Part shown: piece by piece, positions 1-14,044 of the stretch
How positions within the stretch are numbered: position 1 is the first letter of the stretch
Layout: each line of letters begins with the position of its first letter
Source: Eremomyces bilateralis CBS 781.70
Taxonomy: Eukaryota
Strand: one strand, 5' to 3'
Length of the DNA stretch: 64,000 bases
Assembly (NCBI GenBank): GCA_010015585.1
Contig: ML975149.1
Notes under the pieces: model-generated
The model's input: only the letters and a program-made list of their open reading frames with translations
What the model was told of the DNA's origin: nothing
The model's database searches: none
Position numbers and translations under genes: made by a program

Positions 1-3000
1 CATCCATACAATAATATTGGGGCTGTCAAATCGTTAGCGACGGACATGCACCGTGATGCACGACCTGCACTATACATAGTAAGCTTCGGCCGTCGGGACA
101 GGGCGTGGTTAAGAGACAAGAGTCAACCAATAACTGACTCAGCAGTATACGATGTCAACACAATCGAGTCAACAACGGTCAAGTCAGTCAATTATTGTCA
201 TGATTCAGTCAAGGACCAATGAAACCAACACTTCTCCGCGCCGTACCGATTACAAAACCACAAATGCACAATTCTCTACTATGTATATTAATGCAGATTG
301 GTAAATGATATTTCATTGCCCCATGACTTGTCTGGCAAGTGTTCGAGGTGAATAGTACCTACAGACTACATACTATGTACAGTACCTGGACTTTATACGG
401 AGCAGGATGGAGCAACGCACAGTGCTGAAGTATGTCGTGTACTCTACAGTCTACACGCTATTTATGCAATTACCTAAAACAAATACATATCTCCCCTCGT
501 TACAGAAACCCACTTTCTGTGAAATCGAACTGTCGATCCTACAAGTTATGCCATGTTTACGAACCCATTGGTGGAAAACTGGTGGAATGCGGTTGATGCG
601 AGACAGCGAGATGTAACCCGACATCGACCCTAAACTGGGATTACAGATTTTGGAGGGCTCTTTGCTTTGTTCGTCCTGGTCATCAGGTGCTGTGTTGGTT
701 TCAAGAACTAACACCACGGAGGACGGTCCATCCTGATCATGAATGCTTTCTCAGTCGTGGTTCCGCGGACTTCATCTTCCGCGTTATCTTTGACGGATTG
801 ACGCGGATATGTACATTTTTATTTGAACTCCTCCGCCGATGCGGCGAACAGACGCCGGAGCTTATATGGGGGCAATTAGGACTTGACCTTATCTCCAATA
901 CAAGGACGAGGGATGGTTCTTAGCAAAGCAAAACGAAATGAATGCTAGAACGCCTGGTGTCCGAGGACAACCTTGTCCGCAGTAGTGGAAGGCTCGTCTT
1001 CATCAGGTGATGAAATCTCCTCGCTTAGAAGTACCATCTCGTCGTCTCATGCAGAGTGAATACATGGCGGCACGGAAGACGAAGAATCTCCTCCATTAGG
1101 AAGAGCGCCAGACGCTAAACAGGGGTTCCTCAATCCTTCCGCCCGGGCCGGAGTCCCCTAAAGGAATTGGTCTCCATGGCATTCCCTCTCTTGGAGCAAT
1201 TCCGAGTCGGTCTGTGTTTGCGTGAAAGCGAACCGGTGGGGGATCAGAAACTGTGATGCGATGGGGATCAGATACTGATGGACTTCGAACGGGAAGAGAT
1301 GACCCAGGACAGTGGATGAATTGATCTGATCGTGTGAGCAGTGAGAGAGAGGCGTCAGACGGTTCGAGGAACAAAGGAACAAAAGTGGCGGCTCAGTCCT
1401 CACAGTCTCCACTGCAAGCTAAGGAAAAATGAATATCCCCCACGCAGTCTAGCAGTGACTTCTGGATTCTGGAACACAACAACGGCTCCATGGAATACGA
1501 ACAGGCGTATGGATGGGCTGTGGGACTGAAAATGGACATCTCCAGTATGCTGATATGCAGGATACGGAAACACTTTATGGGCTTCACTACGGAGGCGACA
1601 ACATCAGCCCAATTTCCAGTCACAAATACTGATAACTAACAACTGATAACATGAAGGCCCGAAGGGAGGCTGGGACTGCAGGAGATGGGGGAACGAGACG
1701 AGGCCTCTCCCGTCAGACTGCAGATCTGCTACTTCGTGGGCGTTCTCACCCACGTGCAGCCCCACATCGCGCTGCTCTTCAGCAGTTTAACGCTGTCGAA
1801 GTCCAAAGTGCAGACCACCTCCAATTCGTCAGGTTGTCTCCGACATCATAATTATTGGCTTAAAACAATAAGACTTATGAGCTATTAATTAATGGTCGCT
1901 GGTGCTGGTGCTGTCACTGCTGGCTTGCCTGCTTCAAGTCCTTCAACAAGAATAATAAAGAAGCAAGAAACCCGCCCCGATGGTTCACGCAGAGTCGGAT
2001 CCCCCTCAGATGACAGGGCCAAAGGAGCCAATCGGAGGGCAATATGCAAGAAAGCATCCGAGCCAATTACGCTCCTGGTTTCATTCCTTGCCCTCGCCTG
2101 GATGACGGCTGTTCTGGCTTTCCACCATCACTTTGAAATATTGAGTATCCTATCGAAGGGTCGATTCCGGTCTATGCATTCCGGTCCAAAGTACCGATGT
2201 TTCTACGATAATCGTGATTGGATCCCCATATGGAGTTTTTCGACCATCAAGGTGGAGCTTGTGGGATGACCCGTTGAAGAGTGGCTCCGAGTTGAGTCCA
2301 TAACGTCTGGAGAGTGGATTGAGAATGGACATTGGAGGCGGCGGCTGCGGGGGCGCTACGATGCAGAGTGGGAGACGGTGTGGTGACGGGGAACCTGCCA
2401 AGCCGTCCTTCTCCATCGTGAGTCCATAAGCAGTTAGGTACCCGTCGGGCTTTGTATAATGGCAGCAAAAAGCAGCAAAACAGTGGTTGGAGGATCTGCC
2501 CCCGGCGAGGAACAGCGTCCTCCCCAGTCATCCCTCTCGTTCGATTTTCCCGGATGCTGATGAATACTATAGTATCTCATCATTGAGCATGGGCGACCCT
2601 GCTCGGTCTCCTCAAAGAGGATTGGGATGCAGTAGAAGCGGCGTAAGAGTTGGGAGGGCCTCTACTACGTAGAGTCCTGGTTATCGAGGCATCATTTTGC
2701 TCATCCATCCGTTAACTAAAATTGTGCTTGGAGTGTCGAATAATTGAGTCCATATTAGGCTAATGGGTAGGAAGGGGAGGCAGCTCACAGGTCACAGCAA
2801 TTTGGGCCTCTGGGGGACTTGACAGCATCAAACAAGAATCAAATCAGCTGTCGCAGGTCGGCAAACAAGCCAAGAAGAACTTGGACCAGCCATGTAATAC
2901 ATCCCCGACAAGCACTAACTTAACTCGGGGCGGATAATCTGAACAGTGAATGAAGCAACATACATACACTTGTAGAATTACAATCATTAAGTTAGTATTT

Positions 3001-3986
3001 TCGTACTTACGACTCTCCCAGTACTACCTACCAACTGTCAACTTCCTCCAGCTCTTCACTTCTATCGATCTCTATCAGTTGGGTTTGTCGCTCGGCCGTT
3101 GGTTTCTTCAATTTCTTTACGACCCAATCCACCATTGAATACCAGATGCGAGGACCCTGCAGAATTCATCTTCCCAATCCCCAGCACACGCTCTCTCCCC
3201 AGTCTCTACGGCCCACAGTCGCATACACAGCACAGTGAGCACACAGGCCATAGCACATAGCACATAGCGGCCTGGCCAGGTTGTCACGCAACTAGCAGCT
3301 CGCAAATTGTTAGCTGTGCCCTCACCCCAGCACCCCCGTCCTCCAGGCCCCAATTGGTGGTCTAAGGACCAAGGGTGAGAACTTAGAAAACGCACCTTAA
3401 GCCCTTAGCCAGCCTGCCAAGCCTGGCATCGTCGCATCCTCGAAACTCGACAAAAGGCGGGCCCCCCCTTTGACCCTTTCGAACCCGACCATCCTGTCCA
3501 CTCACTCCCTCACAAGCTCGCAGCCCTCACCCTCGCTCAACAATCTCCACTCCGTATCCGAGCATCGCTGAAGCTTACCTGCAGAGTGCAGACTGAAGTA
3601 GTTGCCAGCACACAAGGACTCCCATATCCCTTCGTCTGTTCGCTGCAACCTTCCTTTTGCATTCCACCGCACGCATTTGCCCTGACCGGCCTGCATCGCA
3701 TCGCCATCTGATATCCTCCGCCCGCCCCCCAGCACTGTGCTCCGACGTTGCTACCCTTCCGTCTTCTCTCACCACCCGCCGTGTCCAGCCAATATCACCG
3801 GCTGGTTTTCCTCATTCAAACGAACGCCTTTTTCCTGCCCAGCTTCATTTGGATCTGATGCGTTGCCATTGACGGGCCTTAAGTTTATCCCCCTCGGTTT
3901 CTGTCCTCCCTCGCACGGATCCTGTCCCGTCTCTCATCCCTTCAGTGCGTTTGCATCTGGACAGCGTTTCAGCTGGAGTTGTACAA

Positions 3987-5180
3987 ATGTCGCTCCTAGA
4001 GTCGACGGAATCTACCAAATGCTTTCCGTTCTTGGTGGATAATATTCCCAACTGGCTAGAAGGCGTCGTCGACGTCGAAAAGAAGATCAAGGTTCGACGA
4101 GATGAAGCTACCCGGGTCACGGTGCCCGTCTCACCACGCAAACGAACCGGCTCCAATGAATCAATACGCATCAACGACGATGACGATGGCCCAACAAGGC
4201 ATCCTCCTCATGGGCCATCACCGACGGCCTACTCCCCACTCGAGAACACATCCGCACCCGCCGTCGCACCGATAACCCCAAGCACCAACCCGTTACCCTT
4301 CGACCGTTCTATCGCCCCGTTGTTCTCCAACCGCAAACGGAAACCGGCCTCCTTGATCAGCAACGCTCCCTCCATCCCCACCAAATACCGCACCCGCAGC
4401 ATGATCATCGTCTACTACGACAGCGAAGTCCAGAAGGGCTTCGAGCAACTGGTCCGCAACATCGGCACTGGCCGCAACATGCTCCGGAAAGGCAAGATGC
4501 AAGCCCGTATGGACGCCTTCACCGGCGGCATGGACAACATGATGTCCGCCCTCGGACGCATCGGGGGGATGTCCGGAGTCGCCGGTGCGGACGCCGACAC
4601 CGCGCGGGCGTTGAACGCCGCGGCGAGGAAGATCGAGTACGCGCCTCGCTCTCCTATTAACCCCCTCCCCTTCTCCAACGGGCGGTCCAAGACTCGTCCA
4701 TGCCTCGCCTCCGCCACCTCTTCCCCTGCTACTTCTACCCCAGGCGTCATTCCTGACATGAACAGGGCGACAGGCCACTACGACGCGCTGGACAAGCGGC
4801 TCGACCAGGCGCAGAGCCTTGCAGAGAAAGGCGCCCACCAGTTCCTACGGGAAGGCGAGTGTCCAACCGAGGTATCCGGCATACGGGTTGAGCTGGAGGC
4901 GGCGTTGGAGTGGTGTCGGGACGCGGTAGCGGCGATGACGGTGGTGTCCCAGAACGCGGCCGCAAGAGTGAGTGTGGAAGGGGTTCGGGTCGAGGCCGAA
5001 CGGGGGCAAAGTGAACGGGAAGGGAAAAGTTTGAACAAGATTCAAGCAGAGTTACCGGGAACGACGCCCGGGACTGCCCAGGTCCCTGTGACGGCCATCG
5101 CAACCATCGAGGTGGACTCCGATGTTGACGAGGAATTTGAAATCAAGTTGCCGCCGATACGGAGGCTTGCGAGGACATGA
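3987..5180 (+). CDS. Conserved fungal hypothetical protein (~397 aa, intronless)
   Basis: Long ORF with GC3-rich coding bias. First ATG at 3987 follows a pyrimidine-rich 5' region. Contains the KYRTRSMIIVYYDS...LVRNIG...RNMLRKGK and AAHQFLREG-like blocks I recognise from Pezizomycotina hypothetical proteins. Confidence 0.8.
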   Translation: MSLLESTESTKCFPFLVDNIPNWLEGVVDVEKKIKVRRDEATRVTVPVSPRKRTGSNESIRINDDDDGPTRHPPHGPSPTAYSPLENTSAPAVAPITPSTNPLPFDRSIAPLFSNRKRKPASLISNAPSIPTKYRTRSMIIVYYDSEVQKGFEQLVRNIGTGRNMLRKGKMQARMDAFTGGMDNMMSALGRIGGMSGVAGADADTARALNAAARKIEYAPRSPINPLPFSNGRSKTRPCLASATSSPATSTPGVIPDMNRATGHYDALDKRLDQAQSLAEKGAHQFLREGECPTEVSGIRVELEAALEWCRDAVAAMTVVSQNAAARVSVEGVRVEAERGQSEREGKSLNKIQAELPGTTPGTAQVPVTAIATIEVDSDVDEEFEIKLPPIRRLART

Positions 5181-5445
5181 CGAGATTGATCACGATGAAC
5201 GGTTGGGAAATGGGACCTGATGGATGGAATTTCTGGATTTTGTTTGGGGTTTGGGTTTAGCATCGTCCATCTGCTCTCTGCTTACTTTGCGCTTTTTGGC
5301 GAGTTTTTGCTTTTTGCCCTCCACGGGTTTTTTCTTTGACCGCGTTTCAGCGGTTGCATGATGATGGGAATACTACACGGAACCACAGTATACACCACGG
5401 CGTTTTCGACCTTGGGTTGGCATTTTCAGGGAATTGGGAAAACTC

Positions 5446-5480
5446 GATGGAAGATGGAAGACGGAAGATGGAAGATGGGA
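5446..5480 (+). repeat. 7-bp tandem repeat (GATGGAA)x5, imperfect
   Basis: GATGGAA GATGGAA GACGGAA GATGGAA GATGGGA read directly. Confidence 0.8.
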
Positions 5481-6844
5481 CTCCGCTCCGAATCGAAACG
5501 ATTGCCATACAATACAAACGACCGGATGTTGTCCACGTCGTTGTTCGACGTCCTGGCTGTTTGCGATTGGTCACGATCTCTATAATTGGGTGGATGGGAG
5601 AATACATCCGGGTATATACGGAAACAAGAAAAGGGGGTGAGGATGTCAGCGGATGAAGACCGAAGATGGACTATATCCCACCAAATGAAGCTCTCCTTGT
5701 ACCTAACACGCGGACTTCCAGTAACTACTCGCTACTAGCTCAGATGATGATGAAATTTTCTCTATTATTTCCGTTCCACATCTGCTTTGATGCTTCTTAT
5801 TCGCTATTTACCGTTCACTGTTCGCCGCCCGTCTCGATCAATGGCATTTTTTAACCCCTTCTCCCTGGCTCATCGACATCTGAACATCCTTCCCGGCCTT
5901 CCTCGTCTCTCACTCGCGGCGACTTTTGGCATCCAAAGAAAAACACCATCCAGCTCTCCATCCATTCGACGGTTCGCGAATCTCGGTACGCTAACTACAG
6001 GCCACGGCGCACGGGAGCTAGTGCTAGGCAAGCGTGGAATTCGGGATTGAACTTTGAAGGGTCTCGGGCTCTGTTCGGCACTTCGGCGGTGGTTCTGGCG
6101 GAGCAACGGAACAGCTGGATATCGTCCCGGTCATGGTACATTGTTGCCATCTGATGGAATGGATGAAGGACCGGGCCGATGCCGCGTTTCTCGACACGGT
6201 GCATTTCGGTAACCGTATACCCAGTTGGTACGTCGAGACTCCACACATCACAGCCATGGCCCGTGTACCGATAGTGAAAGGTACGGGACTGGTATTCACA
6301 GCGCAATCGCTTTCATGCTGCTAACGCGATCTCAATTCATATGTGCACGTGCGCATTCAGCTCAATTGACGTGGCTTTTGTCGTCTCGGATGGGATGTAC
6401 AGACTGGAGGAAGGCACGACTCTGCTCCTTCCTCCGCAACACCGACGCCGGTCACGTTTCTTCGTGCTAAGAGGCAGTGGCAACTGAGCGTGATTTTTTT
6501 TCAGAACGCGTTCCTTCCATTTCACATGACCAGACCTCCCAGCAGATATCCATCATGTGGGAGCCGAGCAAGCAGAGTACACATGGACTGACCAGATTGG
6601 CACTCCCGTCATTAGAGATGCTGTGTCGGCGAATTGAACTCATAACAGGTCCTAGGGCCGGTTCTAATCAACAGTGAACTAATGTTTGTTGTCTTCTATC
6701 CTTCTCTCAGCCCCTATAACCTCCTGAAATCCGGAGTGTATTTCTTCTTCCCTCACATTATCAACCCCTCTCACTCATTCTATTCCTTCTTGTCATTAAG
6801 CTACCAGTATATGGTTATAGCTTCTTCTTTTTCTTAGTATAAGA

Positions 6845-8785
6845 ATGAGTGGTCGACGCCGTTTGGTAGCTGTTGTCATCCATCAGTCACCGGTCGATCC
6901 CACTGAATACTCGGAGCCCAGGTCGTGGATCAAAGCACGCTCCACCATGACGAAGGCGAAGCACGGGAGCATCTTGCGTGGCCTAGATTCTCACAATGTT
7001 ATCACGAAACCGAGATCACGAGGGCCTGCTCCCTTGTATAGTACCAAGTTCCATCCAATGGATACCGTCCTTCGCCCTTCCCAGGCTAGGAAGCGAGGCT
7101 TTACAACAGCTTTCGAGGAGAAAGATGACAAGACTGACGGTACCTATCAGCCGAACCAACCTTCGACGCCACCGAAGAGGAGGATGCTATCAAAACGTGC
7201 TAAGGATTCAGACTCGCGGGCGAGGTATACCTTCTCCAGAGAGGTGATGGAGATTCTTGACAACGAAGACAAAGTTATCCCAGATTCCGAAGACAGTGGG
7301 GTCGATGACGAGACGAGCCAAGTGGTGCCGAATAGGTTCCCCAGAAACCACGTAATCCCGGACGAAAGCAAACATAGTGATATGGAGCGGAGCTCAATCG
7401 CTACGTCCGAAGACATTACCATAGAAGTCATCCCTGACTCTAAGGATGAAAGCGAACGCAGTGACATGGAGCAGAGCTCAGTCGCCTCGGCCGAAGCCAT
7501 AACCAAAGAAGCCATCCCTGACTCGGAGGAGGATATAGGGTACGGCGGTGAATCGGAGAATGATGGGAGTGACATCATTGTTCATTCAAAGCACACTGTT
7601 GTGACTGGAACGCCAACCGCCCCAGTGAGTGAGAAGTGTGCCGCATCGAACGCAATTCCGAAGAGCGACACTCCGATATTTGAAGACAGCGATATGAACA
7701 GTGATATGTGGTGGGAAACCAGAACCGAAGACCTCCATCATTCAGGTCCCAGTTCATTCAGCGACAATGATGGCAACAACATCAAAATGCCTAGCAAGCT
7801 TCAAGTTATGCCGCGAAAGGAATACAATGGGGTGTCTCCGGTTGCTAACCCGAAGACCATCACGAACAGCATCATGTCTGACCACGCAGGTGAGGAGGAT
7901 AGGGACGATGAGCCAAAAGGCTGCAACACGCGCGAGCCAACAGTATATCAATTATTCACAAGCCAAGATGGCTCCTGGCTTTCAACGCCCAGAAACTCCC
8001 GAACCCTGCCGAAGTTTATGGATAGTGACAATCGTGTGTATGAGATGGTCGACACCCTGGCGGACGAGATGGGATTGAGTGGTGAACAGAGTAAGCGAGT
8101 CGATCCTTTTAGCTTGGAGTGTATCGCTCACATGAACCTAGACATGCATTGGAGCGGCCAGACCTATCAAAATGATGATAGTGTTGAAACTCTTCGTGGT
8201 GACGACCCGCAGCAGCAATTTGGTAAGGGGAAATCTACGCAGAACCTCTTATGCTCTAGACCAAACAGTAACATAGAATCAGCCACCCTTCCGTCGACGC
8301 CGACGAACTCGAGTAGGAAACGAGTCTCTTTCGCTGATACTGATGCTATACTCGAAAGTTCCCCTCATGTCCATGATACGGTGGACATTGCCTCTTCCGC
8401 CTTGATGGAGGTCCGTTACATCGAAGATCTTCAAGCTACGATGTCAGCTGCTGATGCCACCAGCGGTAGCCATCCGCTTCCTCCCGTCCCGATCACGAGC
8501 CCCGAGATGCGTTCAATTCTCCAGTACGATCCACCTCAGCATTCGAATGGTCATACCAATAGCGATGATGATGAGACAGATTCCGTGACCGGGGATGAAG
8601 CTGGAGAGGAAGGGCGTCACGATGATGGCCCCATCGAACCCGGTGATAAATTGCAGGAATATCATCAACAGCGGCGCGATAAGTATCGCTCGCCAGAGCC
8701 TTATGCTCCCTCTCATCCGTCTTCGCTACCATCCGTTGGACAGCGGAAGGGAAGTTTTAAGATGGGATGGACGACGGTGAACTGA
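6845..8785 (+). CDS. Acidic, largely disordered hypothetical protein (646 aa ORF; true start may be the downstream MTKAK)
   Basis: 646-codon uninterrupted ORF. D/E/S-rich, with an N-terminal YSTKFHPMDTVLRP motif, basic NLS-like PKRR and RKR segments, and an internal 84-nt duplication. Confidence 0.7.
   Translation: MSGRRRLVAVVIHQSPVDPTEYSEPRSWIKARSTMTKAKHGSILRGLDSHNVITKPRSRGPAPLYSTKFHPMDTVLRPSQARKRGFTTAFEEKDDKTDGTYQPNQPSTPPKRRMLSKRAKDSDSRARYTFSREVMEILDNEDKVIPDSEDSGVDDETSQVVPNRFPRNHVIPDESKHSDMERSSIATSEDITIEVIPDSKDESERSDMEQSSVASAEAITKEAIPDSEEDIGYGGESENDGSDIIVHSKHTVVTGTPTAPVSEKCAASNAIPKSDTPIFEDSDMNSDMWWETRTEDLHHSGPSSFSDNDGNNIKMPSKLQVMPRKEYNGVSPVANPKTITNSIMSDHAGEEDRDDEPKGCNTREPTVYQLFTSQDGSWLSTPRNSRTLPKFMDSDNRVYEMVDTLADEMGLSGEQSKRVDPFSLECIAHMNLDMHWSGQTYQNDDSVETLRGDDPQQQFGKGKSTQNLLCSRPNSNIESATLPSTPTNSSRKRVSFADTDAILESSPHVHDTVDIASSALMEVRYIEDLQATMSAADATSGSHPLPPVPITSPEMRSILQYDPPQHSNGHTNSDDDETDSVTGDEAGEEGRHDDGPIEPGDKLQEYHQQRRDKYRSPEPYAPSHPSSLPSVGQRKGSFKMGWTTVN
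7364..7531 (+). repeat. Intragenic 84-bp tandem duplication (2 diverged copies)
   Basis: Units start at 7364 and 7448: ESKHSDMERSSIATSEDITIEVIPDSKD / ESERSDMEQSSVASAEAITKEAIPDSEE. Confidence 0.8.
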
Positions 8786-9150
8786 TCGCATGTGGTCGAT
8801 GGGGAGGCCGAAAAAATGTTTATGTTCAATGATGATTTTGTGGGGGTTTTCTTATGCTATTTTCGGAGTTACAGCACAATGTACCCAGAGTTCGGTTGGC
8901 AGGTCTTATGGGAAGGGGAACCGCCCCCGAATACTGTTATGGAGTATTATTCTCAGTAGTCGTGACTGTACCTAGCAACGCTGAATGAAAGATACGCAAA
9001 TCAAGGAAAAGGGGCCGTTGTTCGCTCGTGACCGTCACTTTCTTGCCGAATTCCACCAAAACTGATGTTAAGGGATTGGCCGTTAAGAATCCCGTTCTCA
9101 AAGAATAAATGCAGTTCCACTTGCCGTCATCTTTCCATCATCTTATGTCC

Positions 9151-9697
9151 TCACAAATGAGATGTCCTCACCACTATCTCGTCCGCCTTTTTCCCTTGTG
9201 GCTCCCTTGCCATGATATCCAACCCGGCGTTCTTCTCCCCCCTTTGCAAATGAACCCTTTTCACCAGCTCATACCCCAGTCTCTTGCTACATCCTCAAAT
9301 TGCAATCATTGCTACACTCCAAATAGCACGGGCTCCCACTCGCGACTGCCAACCCCGAAACATGCTGGGTCAACGCCCCCGCATACCCCTTGCCGCGCTG
9401 CGACGGCTTGGTTCCAAGGTACACCAGATACCACGACTATTCGTCCCGCTCCCCCATGACCAGAGCATACGTGACGTACTCCAAGATCGAAGCGTGAAGC
9501 TCCCACTTCCGCTTGTTCGCCCAGCGCGCCGTGTCCGGCATATCGAGGAAATAGCGGGCGACCTCGTCGTCCACAAACGCTTCGGCGAGGCACTCAGCTG
9601 CTTCTTTATATTCGTCCTTGCCCACGAGGCGGATTGTATGGCCGTTCGCGCTCGCCACGGGTTTATTTGCTTCTATCATGGTGTTCGCTGCTCGCAA
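9151..9697 (-). pseudogene. GNAT family N-acetyltransferase pseudogene
   Basis: Reads EYKEAAECLAEAFVDDEVARYF...ILEYVTYALVMGERDE, an in-frame TAG (9439-9437), then SWYLVYLGTKPSQRGKGYA (acetyl-CoA motif) ...CYLECSN. A +1 frameshift near 9288 precedes KRLGYELVKRVHLQRGEKNAGLDIMAREP. Confidence 0.8.
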
Positions 9698-11183
9698 CAG
9701 CGTTGCGGGAGGAAGAGCGGGAGCGCTGGAACAGCGGGAGCGCTGGTGGACGCGGAAACCTGTGTAGGTGGAGCGTCGTTGAACGTCGCATAGCTGTTCG
9801 AGATGCTTACCGTATGTGCCATGGTTGCAGTGAGCATACTGTTCGACCTATTCTACTACTCAGGTTGCTGTGAGATCGTCCGTAGCGTTTGAAAGAGCGG
9901 ATAGCCTGAGTCCAAGCCAGCGTTGCGGTGTTGGCCAGAATGGCGCTGAACAGCTTCGAGGCGATATAGGACCTGTCTATTGTTAGACTTGTAAGTAAAG
10001 TCGATGGTTATTGTCTGGATACCGAGCGGGGGGCACGTTCGATGGGAGGTCCAGTTGTCGGACTTTCCGCAAGAGAATTATATCGTTTTACTGGTCACAA
10101 TCCTGACAACCTCCAATGTGTATCTATCGTGGCGACAAAATGGTTTAACGAGTAGCCACTGAACTCTAATTCGACTTATAATGTGATACTTTTTCGCGAA
10201 CTTGAAGACTTATACGCGAGGAGAGAAAGAGACAGGACACTCAAACGGATGTGCCCCGGGAACCTAGCGTTCATCATAGACGCAGACCGGCCCAAGTGGA
10301 ACCGGAGGAGACATGCGGACGAAGCAAGGAGAAGCAATGCAAATGGGGAGGTCAATGAAACAAACGATGAAGCAGATCTAGCGACTAGCGACCGCCTAGC
10401 TCACGTACGGAGTCACCACAGGATCTTGAAGCGAACAGAAAATGGTAGGTATTTCGGGACATTGGCGCGTAACCACTGGACGACCCTCAAGTCCTCAGTG
10501 TGTGCTATGGGCTTCGGAACCAAGGAAGACCAATTGGTGTCGGAGCTGTTTGTCGTACAGACCGGACTGCTGCCTCCTGAGGGTGGGGTTTGTGGATAGC
10601 CTCAACGAGAATCGAAACACCTGCTTCTCACTCTTATATTTTGGAGTTTGAGAGGAGGGCCGCGGAGGACCCTTATATTTGTCATTAGATGGACCATCAC
10701 TTGGAGAGAGGTTTGGAGCCTATGGTTCGGATTGTCGACCATCCACTCACTAAGCGATTGAAGGCAAATGACTCCATGGCTGTTGCACGGCTGTCGCACG
10801 GAGGGGCAATAAATACTTCCAATTAATCGGCACCCTCTCCTGTGTCCAAATGCTCCGGCGCACTGTAATCGTTGGTTCGGTTCCCTGATGCCCTACTCGA
10901 TAATCGGTCACTTCGGATAAGCGTGGTGGGAGGCTATGGCATGACTCTTGCGATGGCAAGATATGTGATCAATTGCTTCTAACTATCGATTAGTTATGCA
11001 ATTATAGTGACCAATGCTCACTGTAAGTGCGGGATATCCGGGCGCCAAACACCCATCCTGCTCGCCCACAATAATATCATACAACCGTTTGGCAACGAAG
11101 CAAGCGAAAGCACAGGTGAGCTCTCAGAAAAGAAAACACATCGCTTCGATCTGAGGAAGCTGAAGACCCAATATTAACAAAAC

Positions 11184-12155
<972 letters not shown>

Positions 12156-12721
12156 GGCCGTAGATGAACAGAGGGACACTATTTATATCTTCGAATGGGA
12201 GAGAGCAGACTCAATGGGATGATAGTGGACCGTATGAAGGGTAAGTGCCGTGTTGGGATTGTTCGAAGTTACTTATTTCGAGATCCATTCGCAGTCACGT
12301 GCACTGTTGGTGCAATCAAGGGTCTAGATTTTCATCATGAAATCGCGACCTCATGTCAACATTTCCGCCCAGAAGGAGCACAGAAGTAATTATAGAGTAT
12401 TTGCATCCCTTTCCTTGGTCCTGATAACGACCACGTGCTTTCAGGATAATTCCAGCACTGTAGTACTGTACAGCATAGGTAGGCAATAAATTTCGCTCAG
12501 TGAATTTATGCAGTTTGGTATATCCTCAACCAAAGGGTGATGACGGATGAGAGTCATAATAACCACCAGAACATAATCCCTCTACATCGCTCGTAACAAC
12601 CAGGCGCCGCTGCAGGGCCTTACTGATAGTGGAGTGGTATATAACAACAGCACGAGAACCGAAACCCCCACCCGGAAACCGAACGCCTTCCCGCTGCATC
12701 ATTTATTTCCAATATGACAAA

Positions 12722-14044
12722 TCATACTCTAGAGTCATTCTCATATGGGCGAATCGAAACATCATCGCTTGACGATTTTTCCTTCTCATAGGATTCCGCT
12801 TCCCGATACCATGGTGCGATATCACTGGTACGATTGGGGAACCTTCTGCCCTCCTGGTACGTCGGAGAAAGGACCCCGATGGTATTGGAGGCCCGTTTCC
12901 CCGAGTTGCCAGAATTGCTCCGGGCGTATCGCGACGACGCGGACCGCTCGCCCACGAAGGTTCGGATCAGCGGCCAGAGCGCGGGGAAGCAGGCGCAGAT
13001 GAGTCCAACGCACGCTTCGATTGAGGTCCACATGTAGGTGTCGCCGGTGACCCCTGAAACGGTTAGCATCTCGTCGCATTTGCTAGGTCGGGAGGGTTGG
13101 ACTCACATGGCACGTCCGCATTGATGTTTACGACCATGATGATCGATGATAACCGAATGATGCCGGCAACGCAAGCGAAGGCGCCGACAAGGAAGACCGA
13201 GAACAAAGCCAACTTCTTCTTCAACTGAAGCTGAAGTTGGTTCAGTACGAACAGCGGAAGGAGCAGGATGATGATGTCTCCCAATGTGTTGAGCACACTA
13301 GTTGCGATGGGCGGGGCGCTGGGATCGGTAAAGCAAACCCCGTCGAGTGGGTGATCGGTGATCCTATATCGGTTCCAGAAATGGGCCACCGGTCGGCTAC
13401 CAGTACCTGATTAGTTCCGTATATTGTTCCGTTACGGTTTCACTCACCATTGCAAAGGAACAAAAATGATCATGGAAACCGTCCAGAGGGCGCTATAAGT
13501 GATCATGGTGAAGACGGCAATTTTGAACCACCGCAAGGTGAGGCCAAAAACCCGAATGTAGAAGCAGAGGATAGACATCTTGATGAACAAATGGACGAGG
13601 GAATACGTGATGGAAAGGAAGAAGCCGATCTAGCGCGGAATTAGCAGTCTCACCCCGAGCACTTGAAGGTGCGAACATACCCGCATAATCTCCCATGTTC
13701 GAGTGGGATCGGTGGCCACGAGATGTTTTCCAATGCCATATGTCACAGAGTATCCCAGTTGAACGCACATCAAAACGATCATCAACTGTTGCCTATTAGA
13801 ACTCGACTCCTGAACACCTCGTGGGGCCCATTCAGGTCAGACATACCAGTGCTGGAAGACATAACCAGTCGTCTGCGAGGATAGGTGCCTTGATCTTAAG
13901 TCTTGCTACGAATCGAAGCCCGACGATGACGAAGGAAAGAGCCGTAAGAGCTGCAGAGACACCTATGACTGCCGGCCCCTTATTCTCATGGATACGGGCC
14001 ATCTGGTGGTCGACGACCGCCTGGGGAAGCTGTGGAGTAGCCAT
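12722..14044 (-). CDS. PTH11-like (fungal rhodopsin-domain) integral membrane protein, no CFEM domain; multi-exon
   Basis: LRFVARL..ADDWL, KMSILCFYIRVF, LGDIIILLLP, KKLAL..F..G..AC..IIRL and WTSIEACVGLICAC.P motifs are typical of the family. Confidence 0.88.

Noticed and set aside
400..2700. Several 60-125 aa ORFs that might be a decayed gene
   Set aside because: No recognisable domain and no consistent spliced frame could be built by eye.
5787..6700. Short ORFs with a possible intron signal near 6280-6330
   Set aside because: Frames are interrupted and no family is recognisable; could be a relic but this is unsupported.
9284..9793. 169-aa plus-strand ORF
   Set aside because: Antisense shadow of the GNAT pseudogene.
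10183..10599. 138-aa ORF
   Set aside because: Non-ATG start, no motifs, no coding bias.
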